DNA of 32,101 nt from Candidatus Saccharimonadota bacterium (GTDB taxonomy: Bacteria > Patescibacteriota > Saccharimonadia > Saccharimonadales > JAGQMS01): the NCBI GenBank assembly GCA_043719125.1, contig JAYSUL010000039.1, positions 1-32,101 on the forward strand, in the 5' to 3' direction. A program made the translations under genes and the position numbers. Below the pieces are notes generated by a model. That model was not told the origin of the DNA and searched no databases. It worked only from the letters and a program-made list of their open reading frames with translations. Position 1 is the first letter of the stretch. Every line of letters begins with the position of its first letter. Below, piece after piece: positions 1 to 9,354 of the stretch.

Positions 1-366
1 CGAGTCACCACAGGTGCTGGAAATGACCTGCAAAAGGCCGCCGAGCTCGCTCGTGATATGGTTACGAAGCAGGGTATGGGCAGCAAACGACTTCGGAACC
101 AGGTTTTTCATACTGATGACGGCATGATGTTTGATAAGATGATGCACGAAAAAGAATACTCAGACGAGACAGCAAAGGTTATCGACGATGAAGTTGAAAT
201 GCTCATCAACGAAGCGGCTGATAGGGCTAGAATAGTCATAAAGGCGAACCTGAAGTATCTAGATAAGCTCAAGGATGCACTCCTCAAAGACGAAACGGTC
301 GAGGCAGAGAATGTGCTCGAAATCCTCAAAGGTAGCTCGATGCCAAAAGAAGCGGCACTCTACTAA
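1..366 (+). CDS. ftsH: ATP-dependent zinc metalloprotease FtsH, C-terminal part (5' truncated by window)
   Basis: Frame is open from base 1: RVTTGAGNDLQKAAELARDMVTKQGM...YSDETAKVIDDEV...LLKDET, the peptidase M41 C-terminal signature. Confidence 0.93.
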   Translation, partial: RVTTGAGNDLQKAAELARDMVTKQGMGSKRLRNQVFHTDDGMMFDKMMHEKEYSDETAKVIDDEVEMLINEAADRARIVIKANLKYLDKLKDALLKDETVEAENVLEILKGSSMPKEAALY

Positions 367-412
367 CTATTTCTCTTCTATCTTCTCTGGCATCTCTGTA
401 TACTGGTAGATA

Positions 413-1996
413 GTGGCAAATATATTTCGTAGATCAAATAAAAGACTGTCTATCAGCTCAGCAGCGCTTCTTCTTGCTGGATTTGCACTCGCATCCACAC
501 TCCTTGGACTTCTACGTACTTCGCTGATCAACTCAGAGAATTTCAACGATTTCGGTAGGGATGCATACTTCGCGGCATTTAAGATCCCAGATTTTGTATT
601 TTTTGCACTATCCAGTGGCGCACTAACAGTCGCGTTTATGCCTATATTGAGCGACAAGCTAAACAAATCAGGTAAAGCTAGCGCGTGGAAACTAACGTCA
701 AGTGTACTCAATACCTTAGCTATAGGATCTTTACTGCTGTCGATCATTATCCTTATTTTTGCACCTCAAATAGTCAATATATTTCATTTCGAAGATGCAC
801 AAAAAGAACTATGTGCTTCCATAATGCGCATCATAGCGGTGAACCCTTTCCTCTTTTCTATCTCAACAGTACTCACATCTACTCAGCAGGCTGTGGGAAG
901 ATTCTTCTTTTTCGCGTCTGCTCCTCTGGTGTATAACGCCTCTATTATCTTTGGAATTTTAGTATTCCGCGACAATTTAGGCATTATTGCCCCTGCCGTC
1001 GGTGTGGCCATTGGTGCTATGTTACAGCTCATAGTAGCGGCTATCGGAATGCTTGGGTTAAACTTTCGGTACAGTTGGGGTATAGATACAAATAATACAG
1101 ATTATCGTGCGGTAATGAAGGCACTTCCAGCTCGATCAATCGATCAGGGAATCGACTATATCAATAGTATATTTGAAACACGTTTTGCTTCTAGCTTGGT
1201 AAGGTTTGGTCAATACGGAGCGGTGAGTAACTTTGAGAATGCAATGCTTCTGCATAATGCTCCGATTATGCTCATTGGTATTGCTATATCAAGCGCTGCC
1301 TTCCCAAGATTTACCGAACGCATATCGCAAGGTCGTCCAGACTTATTCCGTAAGGAATTCTTACAAGTTATCAGAGCTATGCTATGGTTGTCGTTACCCG
1401 TTGTAGTCATTACATTTTTTGGGTCTGAGTACTTAGCAAGGTTGATTGCCAAAAGGATAAATATTGAGATAGCCACGTTGCTCCAGTTCCTAGTGGTAGC
1501 CATATTGTTCCGTATTATGTATGCTGCCATTTCCCGCTGGTTTTATGCACAGAGAGATACTAAAACACCGCTATTTGTATCTCTATTCGCAATTGGCCTA
1601 AACGTTTTTCTCGCTTATAATCTATCTAAGTCGACCGCATACGGTGTTGTTGGTTTAGCAATATCGCAGTCAATAGTTGCGTTTATCGAAGTGGTTATTC
1701 TAGTTGCGATAATGGCGCGGAAAGACCCTAAGTTATTTCAACGAAGCTTCCTTTTGGCGGTACTTCGCATTCTCTCGACAACTGGCCTGACGATCATTGT
1801 CGCCTCGGTTATGGTAGCGATTTTACCGCTCGATGCATCAGATCGTGGTCTTACCTTAACTGCCAAACTGAGTATTATTAGTGCTGTGACTTTAAGTGCA
1901 CATATACTACTTTCATGGGCAATGCGGCTCGATGAAGTTAAGCCCGTCACCGATAAGATCAAGAAACTAGTACTACGTCCAGTAAAAATTCAGTAA
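413..1996 (+). CDS. murJ: Lipid II flippase MurJ (MviN)
   Basis: 527-aa polytopic protein with DAYFAAFKIPD, GALTVAFMP, AAFPR and FYAQRDTKTP motifs. GTG start lies 8 nt after TATACT (399-404). Confidence 0.92.
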   Translation: MANIFRRSNKRLSISSAALLLAGFALASTLLGLLRTSLINSENFNDFGRDAYFAAFKIPDFVFFALSSGALTVAFMPILSDKLNKSGKASAWKLTSSVLNTLAIGSLLLSIIILIFAPQIVNIFHFEDAQKELCASIMRIIAVNPFLFSISTVLTSTQQAVGRFFFFASAPLVYNASIIFGILVFRDNLGIIAPAVGVAIGAMLQLIVAAIGMLGLNFRYSWGIDTNNTDYRAVMKALPARSIDQGIDYINSIFETRFASSLVRFGQYGAVSNFENAMLLHNAPIMLIGIAISSAAFPRFTERISQGRPDLFRKEFLQVIRAMLWLSLPVVVITFFGSEYLARLIAKRINIEIATLLQFLVVAILFRIMYAAISRWFYAQRDTKTPLFVSLFAIGLNVFLAYNLSKSTAYGVVGLAISQSIVAFIEVVILVAIMARKDPKLFQRSFLLAVLRILSTTGLTIIVASVMVAILPLDASDRGLTLTAKLSIISAVTLSAHILLSWAMRLDEVKPVTDKIKKLVLRPVKIQ

Positions 1997-2033
1997 AAAC
2001 TTCTCTCACATCTGTTAGAATATAAAGCAACTC

Positions 2034-3812
2034 ATGAGTCAAATTCGAAATTTTTCAATCATCGCCCATATTGATCACGGCAAGTCTACACTTGCCGATC
2101 GTTTACTTGAGATCACTGGTACCGTCGATAAGCGCCAGATGAAAGCACAGATGCTCGACAAAATGGATCTAGAGCGCGAAAAGGGCATCACTATTAAGTT
2201 AGCTCCTGTTCGGATGCAGTATAAAGGCGCAGAGCTCAACCTAATAGATACTCCTGGTCACGTGGACTTTAGCTATGAAGTGTCAAGAAGTCTCGAGGCG
2301 TGTGAAGGTGCGATCCTTGTTGTTGATGCGTCGCAAGGTATTCAGGCTCAGACGCTTGCTAATGTATACCTCGCTCTTGGTGCGGACCTGACGATCATAC
2401 CCGTGTTAAATAAAATTGATCTTCCCGCAGCGGATGTTGATCGTGTTAGTGCTGAAGTAGTGAGTCTTCTGGGCTGTAAAAAGGAAGATATTCTGCACAT
2501 CTCTGCTAAAACGGGGCAGGGTGTTGAGGAGCTTTTAGAGAGAGTTATCGACCTCGTACCACCACCAAAACTAAATGGTAACCCAGAAGCAAGAGCGCTA
2601 ATATTTGATAGCTACTACGATGATTATCGGGGTGTTATCCTCTATGTCCGTGTATTTGATGGCCAGATTGCAAAGTCTGATCAGATACATATGATCGGTA
2701 CTGATAGTAATGGAATTGCCCTAGAAGTAGGGGCGCTCAGCCCTGAAATGTCTCCGCGTCCATTACTCATGACTGGCGAGATTGGTTATATTGTGACTAA
2801 CCTCAAGAGTACTCGTGAGGCTCGTGTTGGTGATACGGTTACGTTACAAAAGAATCCTTCAACTGTTCAGTTACCAGGCTATAAAGAAGTAAAACCATTT
2901 GTATATGCTGGGTTCTTTCCTGAGAGTAACGAGAGTTATTTACTACTAAAGGACGCAGTTGATAAGCTGGCCCTTAGTGACTCCGCACTCCAGTACGCGC
3001 CAGAGAATTCACCTGTGCTTGGCTTCGGTATTCGTATTGGCTTCTTGGGACTCCTGCATATGGATATTGTCAAAGAGCGACTTGAGCGTGAGTACAATTT
3101 AGAACTGATAGTCACAAATCCGTCCACTGACTATCATGTGCTTCTCAGTAACGGCGACAAGCTCGATATTAAAAGTGCGTCAGATCTGCCTGATGGCTCA
3201 GTTGTAGATGAAATTGCCGAGCCATGGATCAAGGGCGAAGTTGTTTGTCCGAAGGCATACGTTGGAGCAGTTATCCAATTGATAGTGAGTAAGCGCGGCA
3301 TTCAAAGCAATCTTAGTTTTGTAGATGCACAGCTTGCATTAATAAGCTTTGATGCACCACTTGCAAACCTATTAACTGATTTTTATGATCAGCTGAAAAG
3401 TGTCACAAGTGGCTATGGATCATTTAACTACGAACTTCATGATTACCGCGTTGAGGATCTTGTGAAAGTCGACTTTTATATTGCTGGCGATAGAGTCGAT
3501 GCACTTAGCGTCATGGCACATAGAAGCGAGTCGATCGCGCTAGGGCGTGAAACGGTCGAAAAGCTCAAGGAAGTGATACCACGGCAAAATTTCCAGGTAG
3601 CGCTCCAGGCGGCAATTGGTGGTAAATTTATAGCCCGCGAAGATTTATCTGCGTATCGTAAAGACGTGACTACTGGTCTGTATGGTGGTGATGTTTCAAG
3701 AAAAAAGAAAGTACTAGCAAAGCAGGCTAAAGGTAAAAAGCGTATGAAAAAGTTTGGTAAAGTGGAGATACCTTCTGAGGCCTTCACTATTATGTTGAAA
3801 CGAGATAATTAG
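2034..3812 (+). CDS. lepA: Elongation factor 4 (LepA)
   Basis: IRNFSIIAHIDHGKSTLADR, DTPGHVDFSYEVSRSL, NKID, GFLGLLHM and KQAKGKKRMK motifs. Confidence 0.98.
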   Translation: MSQIRNFSIIAHIDHGKSTLADRLLEITGTVDKRQMKAQMLDKMDLEREKGITIKLAPVRMQYKGAELNLIDTPGHVDFSYEVSRSLEACEGAILVVDASQGIQAQTLANVYLALGADLTIIPVLNKIDLPAADVDRVSAEVVSLLGCKKEDILHISAKTGQGVEELLERVIDLVPPPKLNGNPEARALIFDSYYDDYRGVILYVRVFDGQIAKSDQIHMIGTDSNGIALEVGALSPEMSPRPLLMTGEIGYIVTNLKSTREARVGDTVTLQKNPSTVQLPGYKEVKPFVYAGFFPESNESYLLLKDAVDKLALSDSALQYAPENSPVLGFGIRIGFLGLLHMDIVKERLEREYNLELIVTNPSTDYHVLLSNGDKLDIKSASDLPDGSVVDEIAEPWIKGEVVCPKAYVGAVIQLIVSKRGIQSNLSFVDAQLALISFDAPLANLLTDFYDQLKSVTSGYGSFNYELHDYRVEDLVKVDFYIAGDRVDALSVMAHRSESIALGRETVEKLKEVIPRQNFQVALQAAIGGKFIAREDLSAYRKDVTTGLYGGDVSRKKKVLAKQAKGKKRMKKFGKVEIPSEAFTIMLKRDN

Positions 3813-3814
3813 TG

Positions 3815-3918
3815 TGACTAATGGGAAGAGCAGTCGGAGTTGGCGGATTTACTCTATGGCCCCGCACGATGAGAAACCCCGAAAGGGTGTCTCATGGGTG
3901 ATTATGCTAAAGCGTGAT
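3815..3918 (+). other. Structured intergenic segment with several hairpins, function unknown
   Basis: Stems GACT/AGTC (3816-3835), GGAGT/ACTCT (3836-3855), CAC-ATGAGA-ACCC/GGGT-TCTCAT-GTG around a GAAA-containing loop (3865-3900) and ATTATGC/GCGTGAT (3901-3918). Confidence 0.45.
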
Positions 3919-3938
3919 AATTAAGCTATAATTTCAGT

Positions 3939-4205
3939 ATGAAAAAGAATAAACACGACCATCTACCCTTTACGGATATAGAAGAAAAGATTGCCCATGT
4001 ACTTGCTGATAGACGTGATAGAGCGGCCGTAAAGTTCCCGCTCATTTTTGGACTCGCAGCAAGTTTTGGCCTTGTATCGACATTCTATGGTTTTGAAGGA
4101 CTTATCAATAAAATCCCGATGCTACAAAATAACCCCTGGCTTGTTCTTGTAACGGGTGTGGTGGTTCTACTCGCTACCGGCACGGCTTACCGGAAACTAA
4201 ACTGA
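3939..4205 (+). CDS. Small membrane protein (2 predicted TM), hypothetical
   Basis: 88-aa ORF with two hydrophobic segments. ATG lies 6 nt after TATAAT (3927-3932). Confidence 0.75.
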   Translation: MKKNKHDHLPFTDIEEKIAHVLADRRDRAAVKFPLIFGLAASFGLVSTFYGFEGLINKIPMLQNNPWLVLVTGVVVLLATGTAYRKLN

Positions 4206-4649
4206 TAGTTGTCTGAAGTCTTCAGATATTTCTGCTATATGGGTTCTTGGATTTGCACCCTCATACTTTTTTACAATCTCTCCATCTGGATCGATGAGGT
4301 AACTATCGCGGCTTATCCCCATATATTCACGTCCCATGAACTTTTTGAGTTTCCATGACCCAAACGCTTGAATTGTCTCGGCAGACTCATCGCTAAGGAG
4401 CGTAAAGCTTATTTTATGTTTGACTGCAAACTTTTTATGAGATTTTACTGAATCCTTGGATATTCCAATGACTTTGATACCATAGCTTTCAAGCATATCT
4501 CTCCCGTCTCGAAAGCTGCAGGCTTCTGCCACGCACCCCGGTGTACCGTCTTTTGGGTAAAAATAGATAACTGCCCATGTGCCTTTGAGATTTTTATCTG
4601 TGACTGTATTCCCATCTTGGTCACTTAATTTAAACGAGGGTATTTTCGT
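4197..4649 (-). CDS. bcp: Peroxiredoxin BCP/PrxQ (thioredoxin-dependent thiol peroxidase), non-canonical ACG start
   Basis: The frame extends 39 codons upstream of the ORF-track start: (T/M)KIPSFKLSDQDGNTV...IYFYPKDGTPGCVAEACSFRD, containing the PxxxTxxC..C active site. It also has GIS.D, LLSD and R..YLIDPDG motifs. Confidence 0.9.
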   Translation of the reverse strand, partial: TKIPSFKLSDQDGNTVTDKNLKGTWAVIYFYPKDGTPGCVAEACSFRDGRDMLESYGIKVIGISKDSVKSHKKFAVKHKISFTLLSDESAETIQAFGSWKLKKFMGREYMGISRDSYLIDPDGEIVKKYEGANPRTHIAEISEDFRQLSV

Positions 4650-4709
4650 ATAGATTAGTATAACAGTAGCCTTGACGTGAGGTAGCCGAACCCTTTACCC
4701 TTAGAAGCA

Positions 4710-5444
4710 ATGGCACCACAAAATAAACTACTGCACCTAAAAGAATTTCAAAAGGTTTTGAAAGACTACAAACCTAGTATCGATGTGATCGATCTGCTAA
4801 ATCAATTAAAAGTTGTATTTCTTGTTGCTCCTGCTGCGTCCGGCCGGAATACTATCATCCGCAATATGATCATGACCGGGAAGTACTACTACCTTATATC
4901 GGATACCACCAGAAAGCCTCGTATCAATAACGGAGTGCCAGAGCGCAATGGAGCTGAGTATTGGTTCAAGACTGAAGAGCAAATGCTTGATGGGCTCCGT
5001 CGTGGTGAGTATATTGAAACATCTATTATTCATGAGCAGCAGGTTTCTGGCGCAAGTATCCAGGAGCTTCGAAATGCTCTTGAGAAAAACCTTATTGCTA
5101 TTACAGATATAGATATACAGGGTTGCGACTTTTTGCAGGACTATGCGCGCGGTGCTGAAAACATCTTTGTATTACCCCCAGACTTTGACGAGTGGATGCG
5201 CCGTATGGATGGACGAGGGGCAATGGAACCGAGTGAAAAAAAGCGTCGATTACAAAGCGCGGTAATGGAGATGCAGGAAGCACTCAAAAGGCCATACTTC
5301 AAATTTGTCGTAAACTGGGACCTGCGCTCAACATGCGAGCAACTACACGAAGAGATAGTAGACGGTATTTTTGACGAACAAAGGCAACAGGAGGCTAGAC
5401 ATCATGCGGTTGCACTACTAGCACGACTAGACTCTGAGCTCTAG
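4710..5444 (+). CDS. gmk: Guanylate kinase-like protein
   Basis: P-loop-like APAASGRNT, SDTTRKPR, NGAEYWF, IFVLPP and RRLQSA..E motifs. Upstream TTGACG(4672)-18-TACCCT(4696). Confidence 0.8.
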   Translation: MAPQNKLLHLKEFQKVLKDYKPSIDVIDLLNQLKVVFLVAPAASGRNTIIRNMIMTGKYYYLISDTTRKPRINNGVPERNGAEYWFKTEEQMLDGLRRGEYIETSIIHEQQVSGASIQELRNALEKNLIAITDIDIQGCDFLQDYARGAENIFVLPPDFDEWMRRMDGRGAMEPSEKKRRLQSAVMEMQEALKRPYFKFVVNWDLRSTCEQLHEEIVDGIFDEQRQQEARHHAVALLARLDSEL

Positions 5445-5468
5445 CAATCATACCCCCTAGAGTGCTAG
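5441..5468 (+). promoter_or_regulatory. CIRCE-like HrcA operator upstream of hrcA (10-nt spacer)
   Basis: CTAGCAATC-ATACCCCCTA-GAGTGCTAG versus consensus TTAGCACTC-N9-GAGTGCTAA, followed by an extended -10 TGgTATACT (5474-5482). Confidence 0.8.
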
Positions 5469-5487
5469 TTCTATGGTATACTGGGCG

Positions 5488-5650
5488 ATAGCTCCCATAG
5501 ATCGTAGCCTCGAGATTTTGGGTGTTACTGAGTGAGATAGAATTATATTTGTCTGATTGAGGCGAGTCGATTGATTCGTTGAAAGAAGAAAATATAATTA
5601 TAGCCACTCAGTTGTATTCAAAAATTGAGGATGTGATCTATGGGAGCTAT
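5488..5650 (+). promoter_or_regulatory. Long imperfect hairpin spanning the hrcA 5' leader (candidate cis-regulatory RNA or thermometer)
   Basis: Perfect 16-bp terminal IR ATAGCTCCCATAGATC (5488-5503) / GATCTATGGGAGCTAT (5635-5650), plus nested internal stems with many G-U pairs on the + strand. Confidence 0.8.
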
Positions 5651-5652
5651 TT

Positions 5653-6351
5653 ATGACTGAGAGACAAGCAAAGATTTTATCCACGATAATAGAGCAGTAT
5701 GCCGAGGTAGCAAGCCCGGTAGGTAGTGTTATGCTTGCCAAATTATTTGATGTGAGCAGTGCTACTATCCGCAATGATATGGCTGAGCTTGAACAAACGG
5801 GTTTTATCGCCCAACCGCACACTAGTGCGGGTCGAGTACCTACAGATAAAGGCTACAGATTCTACGTTAATAACATGACAGAGCAGCAATCAACTCCTGC
5901 CGAGCGTGGCGCCGAGCGTGCATTGACTGCCCGTGTCGGTGGCGGTGGTTCGAGTGAAAGAGTTATCAGAAATGCAGTTGATACGCTCGTAGAGCTTACG
6001 CACAATCTTGGCCTCGCAACACTTGGCGACCAACTTTATCTTAGTGGTTTATCAAATCTTTTTGGCCAACCAGAATTTATTCAACCAGGCCAGGTACAGG
6101 AAGTGGCCAGATTAATAGACAACCTTGAGCCATGGCTTAGGGAAGCATCGCCAAACGAGCCTCTCAATGTGTTTATCGGTAAAGAGAACCCGATTGGCCG
6201 TACAAGTGGCTGTAGCCTGATTATTTCGAAGTTCCGAAGTCCTTACTCCGATAGAAGTTATATTGGTGTTGTTGGCCCAACTCGTCAAAGCTATCGTAAC
6301 GTCATGGGGCTCGTAAGCCAGGCCGGTAGAATGCTAGAAGAGAGTCTATAA
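5653..6351 (+). CDS. hrcA: Heat-inducible transcription repressor HrcA (short form)
   Basis: MTERQ..IL, PVGS, SSATIRNDMAELE, QPHTSAGRVPTDKGYRFYV, IGVVGPTRQSY motifs. Located upstream of grpE and dnaK. Confidence 0.95.
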   Translation: MTERQAKILSTIIEQYAEVASPVGSVMLAKLFDVSSATIRNDMAELEQTGFIAQPHTSAGRVPTDKGYRFYVNNMTEQQSTPAERGAERALTARVGGGGSSERVIRNAVDTLVELTHNLGLATLGDQLYLSGLSNLFGQPEFIQPGQVQEVARLIDNLEPWLREASPNEPLNVFIGKENPIGRTSGCSLIISKFRSPYSDRSYIGVVGPTRQSYRNVMGLVSQAGRMLEESL

Positions 6352-6353
6352 TT

Positions 6354-6827
6354 ATGCCAAAAAAGAAACTAGATTTTGAAGAGCTAGCGAATAACCTGGC
6401 GCAGGAACTTGCTGATGCAAATGATGCGCTGCTCCGTGAACGAGCAGACGCCTCAAATGTACGAAGACGTGCCGATGAAGACCGTACTAAGCTGGGTAGT
6501 TTCTATAAAGCAAACGTAGTCAAAGAGCTGTTGCCGATACTAGATAATTTTGAACGCGCTCTCAAAGCGATACCAGCTGATATCGAGGAGCATGATTACG
6601 TCAAAGGTGTTCAAGGTGTGGTCAAACAGTTTGAACTGGCTCTTGAGAAAATAGGTGTTGAACGAATAAAGACAATTGGTGAGCACTTTGACCCCCACCT
6701 GCACGAAGCAGTGGCTATGGACGATGGCGAAGGCACCGATGAAATTGTCACCGAAGAGCTTCAGCCCGGCTTCAAGTTGGGTGACGAAGTAATTCGCCAT
6801 GCCATGGTTAGAGTTACTCGAAAGTAG
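6354..6827 (+). CDS. grpE: Nucleotide exchange factor GrpE
   Basis: RADASNVRRR, LLPILDNFERAL, FDPHLHEAV and VIRHAMVRV motifs. Confidence 0.96.
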   Translation: MPKKKLDFEELANNLAQELADANDALLRERADASNVRRRADEDRTKLGSFYKANVVKELLPILDNFERALKAIPADIEEHDYVKGVQGVVKQFELALEKIGVERIKTIGEHFDPHLHEAVAMDDGEGTDEIVTEELQPGFKLGDEVIRHAMVRVTRK

Positions 6828-6860
6828 CTAATAGATCAATAAACTTGTATAATATGTATT

Positions 6861-7304
6861 ATGAATAGTAATATCCGTAAGGCTAACATGCTTGGATTTG
6901 AAGTTGGCGGCAATATCTTCAGAGCCACGAAGCTAAATTGTGAGTCTACCCAGCCAAACGGTGGTTTTGCATGTGCTTTAGCCGAATTAGTATCCACAGA
7001 CGAAGGAGCTAGAAGTATAGGTGCCCAAATTCTAGAAGCATGGGAGCATGATGATTTAAGCCTGCTTCCCGGAGAAATACAGCTTGGTATCGGCTCAAAA
7101 GGGTATGCAGAGGGTACATGTACGCACCCAGGGCGAATGGCAGCACATACTCTTGGTATTTTGATGGACGAGCGATCGATAGATGTCGGGGTGGTAGTTG
7201 ATGTCATGGATTGGATGGTCACTCGCGGGTTGGCATCGGATAAGTCCGTCAATCAAAACACATCGGAGCAACTAGTCTACGTTAGACCCAGCAGACATAA
7301 TTAG
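6861..7304 (+). CDS. Hypothetical protein (147 aa) between grpE and dnaK
   Basis: The ORF fills the gap and its ATG lies 7 nt after a perfect TATAAT (6848-6853). No family recognised. Confidence 0.65.
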   Translation: MNSNIRKANMLGFEVGGNIFRATKLNCESTQPNGGFACALAELVSTDEGARSIGAQILEAWEHDDLSLLPGEIQLGIGSKGYAEGTCTHPGRMAAHTLGILMDERSIDVGVVVDVMDWMVTRGLASDKSVNQNTSEQLVYVRPSRHN

Positions 7305-7374
7305 CACTCATATGTATTGACTGCTAATTTTGTTATCTGCTATACTATTAGCAGTCTATTGATGACTCTGCTAA
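7301..7374 (+). promoter_or_regulatory. Tandem CIRCE operators and sigma70 promoter of dnaK
   Basis: TTAGCACTC-N9-GACTGCTAA (7301-7327) and TTAGCAGTC-N9-CTCTGCTAA (7348-7374) overlap or flank TTGACT(7317)-18-TATACT(7341). Confidence 0.88.
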
Positions 7375-7420
7375 CGAGCAGTAAACAATATCTCTACTAA
7401 AATATAAGGAGAACAACAAA

Positions 7421-9328
7421 ATGGGTAAAATCATCGGAATTGATCTAGGAACTACCAACTCAGCCATGGCTGTCATGCAGTCAGGTAAGGCTGAGATTGT
7501 CGCAAACAGCGAGGGCGCTCGTACAACACCGAGCGTAGTTGCGATAAACAAAAATGGCGAACGTCTCGTCGGGCAAGTTGCTCGTCGTCAGCAAGTTACT
7601 AACAGTAAAAATACTATCTATGAAGTAAAGCGCCTTATCGGACGTAACTTTAACGACAAAGAAGTCCAGCGAGACATCAAGCTCATGGGCTATGAAATGG
7701 TCAAGTCCGGTACATCAGTCAAAGTAAAAATGGGCGACAAAGAATACAGTGCCGAAGAAATAAGCGCTATGATTCTTGGCAAGCTCAAGAGCGACGCCGA
7801 ATCTTTCCTTGGCGAGCCAGTTACCGAGGCAGTCATCACTGTGCCTGCATATTTCGATGACTCACAAAGGCAGGCTACAAAAGACGCGGGTAAAATCGCA
7901 GGTCTAGAAGTAAAGAGAATTATTAATGAGCCTACAGCCGCTGCACTTGCATATGGTCTCGACAAAGAGGGCAAGGCCGACGAAAAGATCGTGGTCTACG
8001 ACCTAGGTGGTGGTACGTTTGACGTATCAATCCTCGAGCTTGGCGATGGTGTATTTGAAGTAAAATCTACAAATGGTGACACTCACCTAGGTGGAGCTGA
8101 CTTCGACCGAGTCATAGTTAACTTCCTAGCAGATGAATTCAAAAAAGAGCATGGTATCGACATCACGGAAGACAAGGCAGCGATGCAACGTCTCCGTGAC
8201 GAAGCCGAAAAAGCCAAGATTGAGTTATCCAATACCAGCGAAGTAGACATTAACCTTCCATTCCTCACAGCTGATGCCGATGGTCCGAAGCACTTCGAAA
8301 TGAAGATGAATAGAGCAAAGCTCGAGAGCCTTGTAGGTGAACTCATTGACCGAACTGCAGGCCCTTGCGAAAAAGCTCTCAAAGATGCAGGTCTTAAAAA
8401 TAGTGATATCGATGCAGTTGTACTCGTTGGTGGTATGACACGTATGCCAGCCGTACAAGCAAAGGTAAAAGCCATTTTTGGCAAAGAGCCAATGAAGGGG
8501 GTAAACCCTGATGAAGTTGTAGCCGTAGGTGCTGCTATCCAGGGCGGTGTACTCGCTGGTGATGTCAAAGACGTCCTACTACTAGACGTAACACCACTAT
8601 CGCTTGGCATTGAGACGATGGGGGGTATTGCGACTAAGCTCATTGAGCGAAACACAACTATCCCATCCAGTAAAAGCGAAGTATTTTCAACTGCAGCTGA
8701 TAATCAACCCCAGGTTGAAATTCACGTTGTGCAGGGTGAGCGAGATATGGTCGCTGACAACAAATCACTTGGTAGGTTCATCCTTGATGGAATCCCATCT
8801 GCACCACGTGGCGTACCACAAATTGAAGTTACCTTTAACATAGACGCCAATGGTATCTTGAACGTAACAGCTAAGGATAAGGGTTCTGGCAAAGAGCAGA
8901 GCATCACTATCCAAGGCAGCTCAGGACTTAGCAAAGAAGAAGTCGAAAAAATGGCCAAAGAAGCCGAAGCAAATGCCGATGAAGACAAGAAAAAGCGTGA
9001 AAAAGCCGAAGCAAAAGTAGGCCTCGATAACGCTATCTACTCAGCCGATAAAATGAAGTCAGAAAACGCAGATAAAATCAGCGAAGAAGATAAAAAAGTC
9101 ATCGATGACGCAGTAGAAGAAGCGAAAAAAACTGCTGGCAAAGAAGACGCTGACAAAGACGAGCTCGAAGCAGCCGGCAAAGCGCTAACAGATGCAATCA
9201 TGCCAATCGGTGCAAAAATGTACGAACAGACCCAAAAAGACGCACCAGCCGATGGCGCAGAATCAACTGATGAGAAGCCAAAAGAAGACGGAGCTGTAGA
9301 AGGCGAAGTCGTCGACGAAGAGAAATAG
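7421..9328 (+). CDS. dnaK: Chaperone DnaK (Hsp70)
   Basis: [53 protein letters not shown] and [11 protein letters not shown] motifs. Confidence 0.99.
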   Translation: MGKIIGIDLGTTNSAMAVMQSGKAEIVANSEGARTTPSVVAINKNGERLVGQVARRQQVTNSKNTIYEVKRLIGRNFNDKEVQRDIKLMGYEMVKSGTSVKVKMGDKEYSAEEISAMILGKLKSDAESFLGEPVTEAVITVPAYFDDSQRQATKDAGKIAGLEVKRIINEPTAAALAYGLDKEGKADEKIVVYDLGGGTFDVSILELGDGVFEVKSTNGDTHLGGADFDRVIVNFLADEFKKEHGIDITEDKAAMQRLRDEAEKAKIELSNTSEVDINLPFLTADADGPKHFEMKMNRAKLESLVGELIDRTAGPCEKALKDAGLKNSDIDAVVLVGGMTRMPAVQAKVKAIFGKEPMKGVNPDEVVAVGAAIQGGVLAGDVKDVLLLDVTPLSLGIETMGGIATKLIERNTTIPSSKSEVFSTAADNQPQVEIHVVQGERDMVADNKSLGRFILDGIPSAPRGVPQIEVTFNIDANGILNVTAKDKGSGKEQSITIQGSSGLSKEEVEKMAKEAEANADEDKKKREKAEAKVGLDNAIYSADKMKSENADKISEEDKKVIDDAVEEAKKTAGKEDADKDELEAAGKALTDAIMPIGAKMYEQTQKDAPADGAESTDEKPKEDGAVEGEVVDEEK

Positions 9329-9333
9329 TAAAA

Positions 9334-9354
9334 AAGGAGCCGATATGGCTCCTT
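9334..9354 (+). terminator. Probable terminator hairpin after dnaK
   Basis: AAGGAGCC-GATAT-GGCTCCTT immediately after the stop. There is an A-run on the 5' side but only a short T tail. Confidence 0.55.

Noticed and set aside
3865-3925. Superficial likeness to a c-di-GMP-I riboswitch or hammerhead (AAACC..GAAA..GG; GATGAG..GAAA)
   Set aside because: It lacks the GGCAAAC/GACGCAAAG core and the CUGANGA-stem-GAAA arrangement. Kept only as an unassigned structure.
6836-7252. Minus-strand 138-aa ORF opposite the 147-aa ORF
   Set aside because: The plus-strand ORF has the TATAAT+7 start signal and is co-oriented with the operon. The minus ORF is Ser/Pro/Ile-rich, like a shadow frame.
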